This document shows positions 10,401 through 19,277 of a stretch of DNA of 64,000 nt, in pieces. The notes under the pieces were generated by a model. The model searched no databases and was not told where the DNA came from. It was given only the letters and a program-made list of their open reading frames with translations. A program made the translations under genes and the position numbers. Source of the stretch: Coriobacteriales bacterium. GTDB lineage: Bacteria > Actinomycetota > Coriobacteriia > Coriobacteriales > CADBOM01. The stretch spans positions 164,289 to 228,288 of the forward strand of contig CAXXJK010000009.1 in the NCBI GenBank assembly GCA_963665595.2, written 5' to 3'. Each line of letters opens with the position of its first letter. The stretch's first letter is position 1.

Positions 10401-10943
10401 GAGCAGTCAGGCAACGTTTCATCGGTTGGATTCGATCTCTTCGCCTCCATGCTCGCCGAAGCGGTATCAGAAGTGCGCGGCGATACGCCGTTGCTTGCGC
10501 ACGAAACAGTCATTGATGTGCCAGGTGGATTTTTCCTTCCAGAGGAATATGTTCCGGCAACCGACGAACGGGTGTTATTCTATCGTCGCTTTGCAGCTGC
10601 AGAAGGGCTTGAAGATGCTGACCGTATTGAAGCGCAACTGCTTCAACTCCATGGGGATCTTCCTGTTGCCGCGCGCAATATGGTTGATCGTGTGCGTGTG
10701 CGATTCTACATGGAGCATCTTGGTGTTCATACCATTGGATTCTCACGCAATAAGCTCATAATTGATCCTTTGGAATTGGATCCGAGCCTTCGTTCCTTTG
10801 TCGCAGCTGCTCACGGTGTGTATCTCGTTAAAAGTAAGAAACTGACGTATCCCGTGTCCGCTGACGAAGAACCAATTGCCTGTGCTCGTACGCTTCTTGA
10901 CTATTGTTACCAGCATGCACGCGATGAGGAAGAGGGGATATAG
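7488..10943 (+). CDS. mfd: Transcription-repair coupling factor
   Basis: 1151 aa. Contains a CarD-like segment (GDYVVHATHGIA), helicase motifs GDVGFGKTEVA, DEEQRFG and QLKGRVGR, and a TRCF C-terminal domain. Confidence 0.95.
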   Translation: MHSRRTVGGIERYTVFIDSIAYPLMHAPELKPLFEKLSSGEDSTSGIPLSARPLMIAAAFALHPRPMLVVVPGEETAERLSFLLASYLDYDSVQVLPGRSAYPWSDRLADSQEIGRRIRALRSLQKGDACIVVTSSRTLLRRLPPPASLPIEPLVFVRGASLAMPYDQIARWLLDSGYIRMDKADVPGTFSFRGDTLDIFEVTSPYLVRIELFGEEVESLRHVIALTGQSISDVETVSIYPCTEFPLGYAAATHIRNGLMRVTGVISTEQEQHLEMISSGIGFPGVERYVSLAYKEPGIILDYLHTDTLTVLVEPRALFDDAAHAYEDIAVHAKAAHCSLAGLYLKPEELDFGTNQRWTLLSLMRAGTSVDLDLTIKNVVSAHSEQRFMAQIQTLLKANFLVVLGIADRKTREDIKLLLTDYFIPLRDADGHTFIPNVVNILSTDIPVALIIPQAQLALLNLSDSSSRACSYRGRKHIDPTSITFPYSVGDYVVHATHGIALFKEFLSQEVCGVRRDYLLLEYAHGDKLYVPVEQVDRVTRYVGSGADAPRLTRLNTSDWTRATNKARKAVKELAFDLVDLYARRSCVAGYAYEPDGEWQQEMELMFPYEETPDQLSAITDVKVDMESTKPMDRLVCGDVGFGKTEVAVRAAFKAIQSGKQVMMLCPTTILVQQHYTTFQERFAPFGITVDVLSRFRSEAQQKKTLEAFSAGTVDMLVGTHRLLSSDVNPKDLGLVIIDEEQRFGVQHKEHLKNLREHIDILTLSATPIPRTLQMSLAGVRDMSLIETPPPHRRQIEVTVGEWDENLVSAAIRQEMARDGQVYYVSNRVKSIDEAVRRVQAVAPEARIGVAHGRMDAHQIEAVMETFVAGETDVLISTTIIESGIDNPHTNTLIIEDSQRLGLAQLYQLKGRVGRSRTQAYAYFLFPPDRALTQEAIDRLLAIQEFQELGSGMKIAMRDLEIRGAGSLFGGEQSGNVSSVGFDLFASMLAEAVSEVRGDTPLLAHETVIDVPGGFFLPEEYVPATDERVLFYRRFAAAEGLEDADRIEAQLLQLHGDLPVAARNMVDRVRVRFYMEHLGVHTIGFSRNKLIIDPLELDPSLRSFVAAAHGVYLVKSKKLTYPVSADEEPIACARTLLDYCYQHARDEEEGI

Positions 10944-10944
10944 C

Positions 10945-11916
10945 ATGAATGAGCAGGATGGTATACCGGCAGTCAGGTCTATCGACCGAGGAATTGCCGA
11001 GCAAATGGTGCCCGATTTTGACCCTCAGGCTACCTCTGCGGCCTTTATCAAGCTTATTGATATCATGGCGGCTTTGCGGGGCCCCGACGGATGCCCTTGG
11101 GATAAAGAGCAGACTCACCTCTCGATTTCGCAGAGTGCCGTTGAAGAAGCCTACGAAGTTCAGGGTGCTATTGAAGATGGTGATGCGGAGGCGCTCAGAG
11201 AAGAATTGGGCGATCTGTTACTCCAAGTGGTTTTTCACGCTGAAATGGCAGCGGAAGCAGGAGAGTTCACGCTGCTTGACGTTATAGAGGGTATCTCGTC
11301 TAAACTTATCCGTCGTCATCCTCATGTATTTGGTGTCGATGTGGCACTTGACGCGGCGGCATTTACCGCAGAAGAACGCGAGCAGGTTGCATCAATTCAA
11401 TCTGCCGGAGAAGTTGTTGATCTATGGGATCATATCAAGTTGCATGAAAAACGATTGAAAGCAGAACACAGACGCGAAATGGCTCAGAGATGTGGGAAAG
11501 ACCCCGATTTCATTTCGTCACTTGAGGATATATCGCGTGCACAGCCCGCACTGATGCAGGCACAGGATATCTCAAGAAAAGTAGCGGCCATGGGATTTGA
11601 TTGGCACGATACGGCTGAGGTGTGGGAGCAGTTTGACAGCGAGCGTAACGAATTTAATTCTGCATCAAATTCTACTGAACGAGAAGACGAGATGGGTGAT
11701 CTGTTGTTCTCTCTCGTCAATGTTGCGCGACATGAACATATTGATGCAGAGCGTGCGCTCAGGTCAACGTGCAAAAAATTTCGCATGCGTTGGTATAAGG
11801 TGGAACAGGAAATACGTAATAAATGTATGACTTATCAAAACATTTCTCATGATGAACTGGAACAGTTGTGGAAATCAGCGAAAGATTCTCTTGCTGAAGA
11901 GAGCTGCGCCGACTAA
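10945..11916 (+). CDS. mazG: MazG-type nucleoside triphosphate pyrophosphohydrolase (tandem MazG domains)
   Basis: Motifs CPWDKEQTH, EEAYEV..AIE and ELGDLLLQV, with a second MazG-like half. The ATG at 10945 lies 2 nt after the mfd stop, so the longer track ORF would overlap mfd. Confidence 0.85.
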   Translation: MNEQDGIPAVRSIDRGIAEQMVPDFDPQATSAAFIKLIDIMAALRGPDGCPWDKEQTHLSISQSAVEEAYEVQGAIEDGDAEALREELGDLLLQVVFHAEMAAEAGEFTLLDVIEGISSKLIRRHPHVFGVDVALDAAAFTAEEREQVASIQSAGEVVDLWDHIKLHEKRLKAEHRREMAQRCGKDPDFISSLEDISRAQPALMQAQDISRKVAAMGFDWHDTAEVWEQFDSERNEFNSASNSTEREDEMGDLLFSLVNVARHEHIDAERALRSTCKKFRMRWYKVEQEIRNKCMTYQNISHDELEQLWKSAKDSLAEESCAD

Positions 11917-12040
11917 TTGACGTTAGCCGTCAATCTATGCTCTTTTCAGGGGTTGGACATCTTCGTGAATGTTTGGTAAGGTCGTTTTGTTTACAATAAG
12001 TCAGGTTCACTCAGATAATCGAGTAAGGATTGTTGACCTA

Positions 12041-13045
12041 ATGGATTTTGCTGCATATCTTTCGGCTAACTCGAATCATTTTGATGATTATCTTGCTTCA
12101 TTTTTTACACAGGTAGACGATGCCGACCTGCAGAAGTATCTCTATGCTCCATTGGCTGAATATACCGCCAATGCAGGCAAACGCCATCGTCCGCTTATTT
12201 GTACACTTGCCTGCCAAGCAGTAGGGGGAGATGGCTCCGAGGCGCTGTCTTCTGCCGCCGCTATTGAGCATTTTCATAATGCTGCGCTCATTCATGATGA
12301 TATAGCAGATGACTCTCTTACGCGTCGCGGAAAACCCTGTATGCATATCAAAGAGGGTCTTGGTCTTGCTATCAATGCCGGCGACCTTGCGCTTACTCTG
12401 GTAATCGCTACGCCACTACGCGATCCCAACCTATCTGATGAGCGCAAGCTCAGGATCATCGGCGAGTTGGTTCATATGAATGAGCAGACTATAGATGGTC
12501 AGGCGCTCGATATTGGCTGGGCGCGAGATGCCCGCTTTGATCTTACTCTTGATGACTATATAATGATGGCGACGTATAAGACCGCCTTTTATTCCGGTGC
12601 AGTACCTCTTGCGGTAGGCGCTATATGTGGCGGCGGTACCGAAGAGGAGGTCGAAAGTCTTCGGGCATTTGGTCTTGCGACAGGACTGGCGTTTCAGATT
12701 CAGGATGACCTGCTCAATCTCATTGGTACCGCGGAGTCAACTAAGAAAGATTTTCGCAGTGACATTACCGAGGGCAAACGTACGTATATGGCGATTCATG
12801 CACTGCAGAATTCTTGCGATGCGCAAGAATTGCGTACTATTCTTGCCAGTAAAACTAACGATCCGATACTTCTTGAGCGTGCGGTGGAAATTATGCAAGA
12901 GGCGGGGAGTATACATGAAGCAAAGGACTATGCTGCGCGGTTGGCGCTCAACGCTCAACAACAACTCGACACTACTTTGTCGGACTCGCCCGCTAAGCTA
13001 CTTCTGCTTTCAATGGCCACCTTCTTCATTGACCGCTTAGCCTGA
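12041..13045 (+). CDS. Polyprenyl diphosphate synthase (trans-isoprenyl diphosphate synthase family)
   Basis: First and second aspartate-rich motifs LIHDDIADD and FQIQDDLLN. Product chain length cannot be read from the sequence. The start at MDFAAYL is the more likely one. Confidence 0.8.
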   Translation: MDFAAYLSANSNHFDDYLASFFTQVDDADLQKYLYAPLAEYTANAGKRHRPLICTLACQAVGGDGSEALSSAAAIEHFHNAALIHDDIADDSLTRRGKPCMHIKEGLGLAINAGDLALTLVIATPLRDPNLSDERKLRIIGELVHMNEQTIDGQALDIGWARDARFDLTLDDYIMMATYKTAFYSGAVPLAVGAICGGGTEEEVESLRAFGLATGLAFQIQDDLLNLIGTAESTKKDFRSDITEGKRTYMAIHALQNSCDAQELRTILASKTNDPILLERAVEIMQEAGSIHEAKDYAARLALNAQQQLDTTLSDSPAKLLLLSMATFFIDRLA

Positions 13046-13091
13046 TTTCAAGCATCTTCGGTTGGTTCTGTTATAAGGAGTTCTTGAAAAC

Positions 13092-14009
13092 GTGGAGATC
13101 ATTGAACTACATTCATCGGGTCCTGCTGTTAAAGACGTACAACAACGCCTAGAGCAACTCGGTTACAGTTTAGGTCTTGATGCCAATGAGGGAACTTTTG
13201 GCGATGCAACCGTTTGCGCGGTACAGGCGTTTCGGCGTGACTACCAACTTCCAGACGGTAGTTTTATCGACGCTATAGCATGGTCAGCTCTGGTGGATGC
13301 AACATTTTCTCTCGGCGATCGGATGCTGTATCTACGAATGCCCTACCAACATGGCAATGACGTAAGGATTCTCCAGACCGTTCTCAACATTCTTGGATTT
13401 TTCTACCGTGAAGTTGACGGAATCTTCGGTGGCGAAACTGAGACTGCTGTCCGTGAATTCCAAATCAATACGGGGCTACCCGCTGACGGCATCGCCGGAA
13501 ATTCGACGTTTGAAGCCATACATCATCTTGAGCATGTCTGGAAAGGAAAGCCCGTTTCCACTTACGGCGAGGAATCCATGAGTTTTGCTCGTGTGGCAGC
13601 TGTGCTTGAGGCCACACCTCTCTGCATCTATGGTACTGATGCATTCTCAAGAAGAGTAGCGCTTCGTATTTCAAACCTTGCTTCTGCCACCACGACCGCC
13701 TCTCGTGTCTTTTCGGCTGAGACGCTTTCTGCGCCTCCTACACCAGATATGGCATTGATACATATCCTACGCGAACCCGATGCGCCGACCGCCGGCATCC
13801 CTCGTGTGGTTTTTTCAGAAGACCCGTCGTTTCTTCAGCACGTTGTTGCAGCAGTTCAGGAAAGTCGTCATAACTATAATAGATTGATTATCGCGCTTCC
13901 TCCGTCTATTATTACTTCTGATCTGACAAATCAGTCAGAATCAGGAAAACCCCTTGAACAGCATCTTGCCGTTCGTATTCTTGATGCACTTTGTATTGCC
14001 TACATATAA
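13092..14009 (+). CDS. Protein with two peptidoglycan-binding (PG_binding_1-like) domains
   Basis: Two copies of the pattern G..V..lQ..L..LGy...vDG.FG..T..AV..FQ (GPAVKDVQQRLEQLGY and DVRILQTVLNILGF...DGIFGGETETAVREFQ). Confidence 0.7.
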   Translation: MEIIELHSSGPAVKDVQQRLEQLGYSLGLDANEGTFGDATVCAVQAFRRDYQLPDGSFIDAIAWSALVDATFSLGDRMLYLRMPYQHGNDVRILQTVLNILGFFYREVDGIFGGETETAVREFQINTGLPADGIAGNSTFEAIHHLEHVWKGKPVSTYGEESMSFARVAAVLEATPLCIYGTDAFSRRVALRISNLASATTTASRVFSAETLSAPPTPDMALIHILREPDAPTAGIPRVVFSEDPSFLQHVVAAVQESRHNYNRLIIALPPSIITSDLTNQSESGKPLEQHLAVRILDALCIAYI

Positions 14010-14017
14010 GATGAGAG

Positions 14018-15067
14018 GTGAGTCTCTTGGAATCTGCCCGTCCGTCTTCTCGTGTGTTGTTCTGTGCGTGTGCGGTGTGCGTGGCTATTTTCGGGGGGCT
14101 CCTTATGCCCTCCTTTGCCCATGCGGTAACTTCTGCTGAAAAACAGGCTGAGGCAACTGCTGCTCGTGCGCATCTTTCAGATTTGATGGGCGAGCTCGAG
14201 ATTGCTTCAGATAACTACTATACCGCGCTGGACGAACACGATTCAGCCATTGATGCCATGAATGATGCGCAGGATCGGATTGACGCCGCCGTGGCGCAGA
14301 TAAATCGACTTCAGGGACACTTGGGCATGCGCGCACGTTCTATGTACAAGAGTGGCTCTACCTCGTTTCTTGACGTTCTTCTTGGGGCATCATCGTTTTC
14401 TAACTTCATCAGTACTTGGGATTTTCTCAATGAGATGAATGCGTCTGACGCTGAGTACGTGGCCCAGACAAAGGTATTGGAGAAGGAAGCTCAGGCGGCA
14501 CGAGCAGAATATGCGACACAAGAAAAAATTGCGGCACAGAAGCTTTCAGAGGCAGAGATTGCACAAAAGGCACTGCAAAATTCTGTTGATGCGTATCAGC
14601 ATACTGTTGCAAATCTTGATGCAGAGGTTTCTGCTTTGATTGCACGAGAAGAAGCAGCGGCTGCAGCGGAAGCAGCTTCTTCTCGTACGAGAAGTGGCGG
14701 ATACGGCGCTGCCTATGATGGAAACAACGCGATTGTGGCGGCCGCCTACTCACGCATTGGGTCAGAATATACACAAGCGGCTGGTCGTCGTAATGGTCCT
14801 TGGTCTTTTGACTGTTCGGGGTTGACGCAGTGGTGCTATGCGCAGGTAGGCATTTCTATTCCCGGTACCTCAAGTACTCAGTACAGTGGCATGCGGCACA
14901 TTCCTCTCTCCGAGGCACGCCCCGGTGATGTGCTCTGGATGAGCGGTCATGTTGCGATATATGCAGGAGGGGATATCTACGTGCACGCCTCTACGCCTCA
15001 GACGGGTGTTATTGAATCAAGCGGTATCTACCGGGCGGGTTTTGAGTGCGCTCTTCGCCCGTATTAA
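14018..15067 (+). CDS. NlpC/P60 peptidoglycan endopeptidase with a signal peptide and a coiled-coil N-domain
   Basis: Catalytic region FDCSGLTQWCY...GHVAIYAG...HAS and an Ala/Glu-rich coiled coil. The start is uncertain (GTG 14018 or TTG 14027). Confidence 0.85.
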   Translation: MSLLESARPSSRVLFCACAVCVAIFGGLLMPSFAHAVTSAEKQAEATAARAHLSDLMGELEIASDNYYTALDEHDSAIDAMNDAQDRIDAAVAQINRLQGHLGMRARSMYKSGSTSFLDVLLGASSFSNFISTWDFLNEMNASDAEYVAQTKVLEKEAQAARAEYATQEKIAAQKLSEAEIAQKALQNSVDAYQHTVANLDAEVSALIAREEAAAAAEAASSRTRSGGYGAAYDGNNAIVAAAYSRIGSEYTQAAGRRNGPWSFDCSGLTQWCYAQVGISIPGTSSTQYSGMRHIPLSEARPGDVLWMSGHVAIYAGGDIYVHASTPQTGVIESSGIYRAGFECALRPY

Positions 15068-15094
15068 AGAAATGACGATCAAAGGGAGCATAGT

Positions 15095-16081
15095 ATGTGC
15101 ACAGTAGTTGTTTGGTCTGATAACGGCGTTGCCGATGTTTCTGCAAGAAATATGGATTGGTTTGAAGACATGAAGACCGATCTTTGGATATTTCCTCGTG
15201 GCATTAAACGAGTGGGGCTTGATGTTGAGGGCGAAAATTCACTTGATTGGGTATCAACCTATGGTAGCGTCGTAGCAAGTGTCTATGGTATTGCCGCTGC
15301 GGATGGAGTAAACGAGAAAGGGCTGGGGGCGCACACGCTCTGGCTGGCGGAATCTGAATATGGTAGTAGAGATAACGCTCTTCCCGGTTTATCGGTCAGC
15401 CTTTGGGGACAGTTTTTCTTAGATAACTTTGCTTCGACGGCAGAAGCTGTTGCATACGCAGAAGAGAATCCTTTTCAGATTGTTACCTTGGCGTTTAGCA
15501 GCGCTGGCTATCTGGCTGCGGTTCATTTGCAGCTTGAGGACGATTCGGGCGACGTTGCAATCTTTGAGTATATAGAGGGAAAACTAGAGATTCATCACAG
15601 CCGAGACTATTGCGTTATGACTAATTCACCGATTTTTGAAGAACAGCTTGAAAATCTTAAAAACTATGAGGAATTTGGAGGGAACACTCCTCTTCCTGGC
15701 AGCACGGAAGCGGCTGATCGATTCGTACGCGCCGCCTATTATCTCAAACGATTACGTGAGCCAGCGTCTGAGCTTGAGGCGATTGCGGGCATAATCAGTG
15801 TTCTCAGAAACGTTGCACAGCCATTTGTCCACCCCGATGAAGAACACCCTAATACCTCTGCGACAATCTGGCGTACCGTTATCGACCACGCGTATGGGAC
15901 TTACTATTTTGAGTCGACGATCAGCCCCTATCTTATCTGGCTTGATCTTGAGAATCTGACATTTGACATAGGTGCTCCCGTACGCAAGCTTCCTGTTTCA
16001 AGTAATCTCTACGATTATATGGGAGAGTCTTCTGGCAAGCTGATAGACGCTGAAGCGTTTATTCCTGCAATGCCCGCCTGA
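15095..16081 (+). CDS. Choloylglycine hydrolase-family Ntn hydrolase (linear amide C-N hydrolase)
   Basis: The MCT N-terminus places the nucleophile Cys at position 2. Family-like length and a NMDW motif. The substrate (bile salt or another amide) cannot be determined. Confidence 0.7.
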   Translation: MCTVVVWSDNGVADVSARNMDWFEDMKTDLWIFPRGIKRVGLDVEGENSLDWVSTYGSVVASVYGIAAADGVNEKGLGAHTLWLAESEYGSRDNALPGLSVSLWGQFFLDNFASTAEAVAYAEENPFQIVTLAFSSAGYLAAVHLQLEDDSGDVAIFEYIEGKLEIHHSRDYCVMTNSPIFEEQLENLKNYEEFGGNTPLPGSTEAADRFVRAAYYLKRLREPASELEAIAGIISVLRNVAQPFVHPDEEHPNTSATIWRTVIDHAYGTYYFESTISPYLIWLDLENLTFDIGAPVRKLPVSSNLYDYMGESSGKLIDAEAFIPAMPA

Positions 16082-16110
16082 TATATGACATCAGTTAACC
16101 TACCCGTGCT

Positions 16111-16683
16111 TTAATACAGGACACAGCTGGTATAGGCGAGTGTCTCTTTGCCGTGATTATAAGGTATGTGTGCCTGAGTACAGACGTCGCTTACAATTAG
16201 CCCCGCCGCTTCCATCGAGACGAGACGTTTCTCGGGGAATCGGCAAGGCTTTTCTGGATAAGTGCAGGTCTCACAAATGGTGCAGGTGCCCGCAGAGAGA
16301 AAAAGCATCGGAGTATTTAACGCTTGCATCCTCTCGAAGAGATCAAGAAAACGATTTTTATGAATAGACTCGCCCTCAAGCATGGTGTCAATATCAAATT
16401 CGTCCTCAAGCGTGACGACGGTTTGTACGACCATGCACTGCGCGTATGAAGCAAAGATGCTCTGGTATTCTTCCAGTTCTTTGCAGGCGGGTGGACATGC
16501 CCAGTTGTGCCCATATATCCGACAAGTGCCAGAAGCGCACATGTCCCTGACTTCATGGCGAGCATCAAGCTGCGAAGGGTCCATAAACCCGTTATATTCA
16601 AAACCGCATATGCGTGCCAGTTCGTCGGCCGCGTTTAACGTCATAATCTGCCTTCTTCTCTCTATACTCATGCGCTCATTCAC
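16111..16683 (-). CDS. DUF2284-like Cys-rich metal-binding protein
   Basis: Cysteine motifs CRIYGHNWACPPAC and CTICETCTYPEKPC. Lies immediately downstream of the corrinoid activase. Confidence 0.6.
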   Translation of the reverse strand: MNERMSIERRRQIMTLNAADELARICGFEYNGFMDPSQLDARHEVRDMCASGTCRIYGHNWACPPACKELEEYQSIFASYAQCMVVQTVVTLEDEFDIDTMLEGESIHKNRFLDLFERMQALNTPMLFLSAGTCTICETCTYPEKPCRFPEKRLVSMEAAGLIVSDVCTQAHIPYNHGKETLAYTSCVLY

Positions 16684-16689
16684 TAAAAA

Positions 16690-18192
16690 TTACTCAAACG
16701 CCATGGTAGAAATGAAAAACTCGTTAAACTCTTTCGAAAGAGAAAGCTCAATATATTCGCAGGTTTTGACAATCTCTTTTAAGCGCACGTGAGCATCGTC
16801 TGATACCAGCAAAGCGCTTGCGCCTTCAGCAGAAGTGTTGCCAACACTCCGTGCGCGATCAAGTAGCTGATAAGGAAATAGACCGATACGTGCGGCATGT
16901 TCAAGATTCAGGAAACGGCCAAAACCTCCTGCTACGGCAAGGCTGGTAACCTCTTCAAGTGTTATGTTCTGAGTACGAAGCAGCGTAAGTATTCCCGAAC
17001 ATATGGCAGCTTTTGCCAGCTGTACATTGCGTACGTCTCGTTGTGTGACGTACAAGCGATGATCTTCAGTGAGGAAAAATACTGGAGAATCGTTTTCGCA
17101 TCCCACCAATGGTGCAATTTCTGGGTCAAGAGTATCTTTTCCAAGGAGGAGTCCAGTGTCATCAATGATATTGAGTTCAAGTGCTAGTGCGAGAGCATCA
17201 ACAATACCGGAACCACATATGCCTATTGGTGGCTGATTACCGATAGTATCGAGAATAAGATGTCCGCCTTCATAACGTAACGAAGAGATTGCTCCCGGCA
17301 GTGCTGGCATACCAAAATGCAAGGTAGCCCCCTCAAAAACCGGTCCGGCGGCAGTGGCGCAGCATGCGATGTGTCCTCTGTGGGCGAGTGCCATCTCTCC
17401 ATTCGTTCCAAGGTCAAGAAATATACCAGTATCTTGCTCGTCGTAGTTACACATCAGCAGGCCAGCGGAGATATCACCGCCTACGTATCCCGCGAGCGCT
17501 GGCACAAGGTAGCAGTCGCCTAACCCCTCAATACGATGATAGTCACCAAATAACGAGAGGGGAGTGAAGGGGCTTGCACCAATGGAATCGGGCCGTAAGC
17601 CACAGACAAAATGCTGCATGATAGTGTTGCCGGCAATGACCGTCTTGGTAATCTGCTCAGTCTCAATGCCTGCGTTTTTACACAGACGCTGCCGCAATTC
17701 TCTGAGCGCATCTTGAAGACAGTTGACCAGTAGATCAAATTTGCCCTCAATGCTCGCAGTTATACGGCTTATGACATCGGAGCCAAAGACAATTTGAGGA
17801 TTAGAACAGGTGGCGCTTGCGACGCGTGTTCCCGTCGCAAGGTCGTAGAGGTGAGCAACTATAGTGGTGGTGCCAACATCAACTGACATACCGTAGCCCA
17901 CTTTGCCCTTGGTCGGCAAGAAAGTGCTTGTTGCGCCATCTTCTAAAATGCTAAGGGACCCGTAATCTTCTACCGTTATCTCCATGTCTGCTTGTACCAG
18001 TGTCGTGCAAGCAAGTTTCCAGTTAAGTCCGGTATCATCGCGAATAAGCACGCGACATCGTCCGCAGCTCCCGTGCCCACCGCAGGTAGCGTATATCTCA
18101 ACACCGAGTTGCTGCAGAATATCAAGAACATTCATACCCTCACGAACACTCACTGTCTGCGTACCTTCTGTTGAATTCACGGTTACTTTCAT
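16690..18192 (-). CDS. Corrinoid reductive activase (2Fe-2S ferredoxin domain plus ASKHA/DUF4445 ATPase, RACE type)
   Basis: N-terminal plant-type ferredoxin CGGHGSCGRCRV...C, followed by ASKHA-like phosphate motifs DVGTTT and DLGTNGE. Confidence 0.8.
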   Translation of the reverse strand: MKVTVNSTEGTQTVSVREGMNVLDILQQLGVEIYATCGGHGSCGRCRVLIRDDTGLNWKLACTTLVQADMEITVEDYGSLSILEDGATSTFLPTKGKVGYGMSVDVGTTTIVAHLYDLATGTRVASATCSNPQIVFGSDVISRITASIEGKFDLLVNCLQDALRELRQRLCKNAGIETEQITKTVIAGNTIMQHFVCGLRPDSIGASPFTPLSLFGDYHRIEGLGDCYLVPALAGYVGGDISAGLLMCNYDEQDTGIFLDLGTNGEMALAHRGHIACCATAAGPVFEGATLHFGMPALPGAISSLRYEGGHLILDTIGNQPPIGICGSGIVDALALALELNIIDDTGLLLGKDTLDPEIAPLVGCENDSPVFFLTEDHRLYVTQRDVRNVQLAKAAICSGILTLLRTQNITLEEVTSLAVAGGFGRFLNLEHAARIGLFPYQLLDRARSVGNTSAEGASALLVSDDAHVRLKEIVKTCEYIELSLSKEFNEFFISTMAFE

Positions 18193-18334
18193 TTGTGACC
18201 CGTTCTCTTGTTCAGGTGATGCACGGATGTAAAAAATACTGCTTGGTGAAAAAATGCGCGGACGTAGAGAATGTTGCTTGGTGTGGAACAGACGCCGTAT
18301 GCGTAAAATGCTTCATGATAATCTAAGCATCTCC

Positions 18335-18363
18335 TTGAAACTAACGTAAGGCCAGAGTATCAT
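18335..18363 (+). promoter_or_regulatory. Candidate sigma-70 promoter for the corrinoid protein operon
   Basis: TTGAAA, a 17-nt spacer, then TATCAT, about 75 nt upstream of the ATG at 18441. Confidence 0.4.
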
Positions 18364-18440
18364 CGAATAGTTAGAAGTATGTATCAGTACATGTCGTTTC
18401 CACAAGAGATAGTTGCGTTATTTCAAAGGAAAGGATCGGA

Positions 18441-19076
18441 ATGTCTATACTCGACGAAATCAAGGATGTAACAGAAAGAGGAAAGCGAAAAGAGATAGGG
18501 CCTCTCGTAGAGAAGGCGTTGGCTGACGGAGAAGATCCCCAGGCGATTCTCGACGCAATGATTGCTGGCATGGATGTTGTTGGCGACAAATTTTCTCGAG
18601 GCGAATCATTTGTTCCCGAGATGCTTGTTGCAGCCCGCACTATGTCTGTAGGAACAGATATTCTTAAACCTGTTCTCGTTGAAAGTGGCGCGAAGCCTAT
18701 CGGCAAGGCCGTTATTGGCACAGTAAAGGCTGATATGCATGATATCGGTAAGAATCTTGTTAGAATGATGATAGAAAGCAAGGGCGTTGAGATAGAAGAT
18801 CTTGGCGTTGACGTTGCTCCTGAAGTCTTTGTTGACTACCTGAAGAATCATCCCGATTGCCAAGTCCTCTGTCTTTCTGCTCTTCTTACCACCACGATGC
18901 CTAATTTAGGAGAGACGATCAAGGCTCTTCAAGAGGCCGGTCTTCGCGATCAGGTAAAGATAATGGTAGGTGGTGCTCCGGTTACACAAGAATTTGCCAC
19001 GAGCATCGGTGCCGATGCCTACACTCTTGATGCGGGCGCTGCAGGCGAAAAGATAGTCGAACTCTTAACAGCGTAA
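18441..19076 (+). CDS. Cobalamin-binding corrinoid protein (methyl carrier)
   Basis: B12-binding signature DMHDIGKN (DxHxxG), an N-terminal helical cap and a Rossmann-like C-terminus (MVGGAP). Confidence 0.85.
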   Translation: MSILDEIKDVTERGKRKEIGPLVEKALADGEDPQAILDAMIAGMDVVGDKFSRGESFVPEMLVAARTMSVGTDILKPVLVESGAKPIGKAVIGTVKADMHDIGKNLVRMMIESKGVEIEDLGVDVAPEVFVDYLKNHPDCQVLCLSALLTTTMPNLGETIKALQEAGLRDQVKIMVGGAPVTQEFATSIGADAYTLDAGAAGEKIVELLTA

Positions 19077-19127
19077 ACCTGCAATCAGATGTCTTTTTCA
19101 AAGACGCATAGAACTCTTATTAGACGA

Positions 19128-19162
19128 AAGGCCCGGAACCATCTTTGGCTGCGGGCCTTTTA
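19128..19162 (+). terminator. Hairpin, a possible attenuator or terminator
   Basis: aggcccgg...ctgcgggcct followed by tttt. Confidence 0.4.
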
Positions 19163-19277
19163 ATAAGATAGAAAGACGAAATGACTTCCCTGAAGACAAC
19201 TTGAGATGTTTTAACATCGCGTAGTGTTTCTGTCAGGGTATGTGATTTGTCTGATAAAAGGGCAGTGGAGGGTTTTG

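Noticed and set aside
10876-10944. Upstream extension of the mazG ORF that overlaps the mfd 3' end
   Set aside because: The ATG at 10945 lies 2 nt after the mfd stop, and the conserved MazG sequence begins after it.
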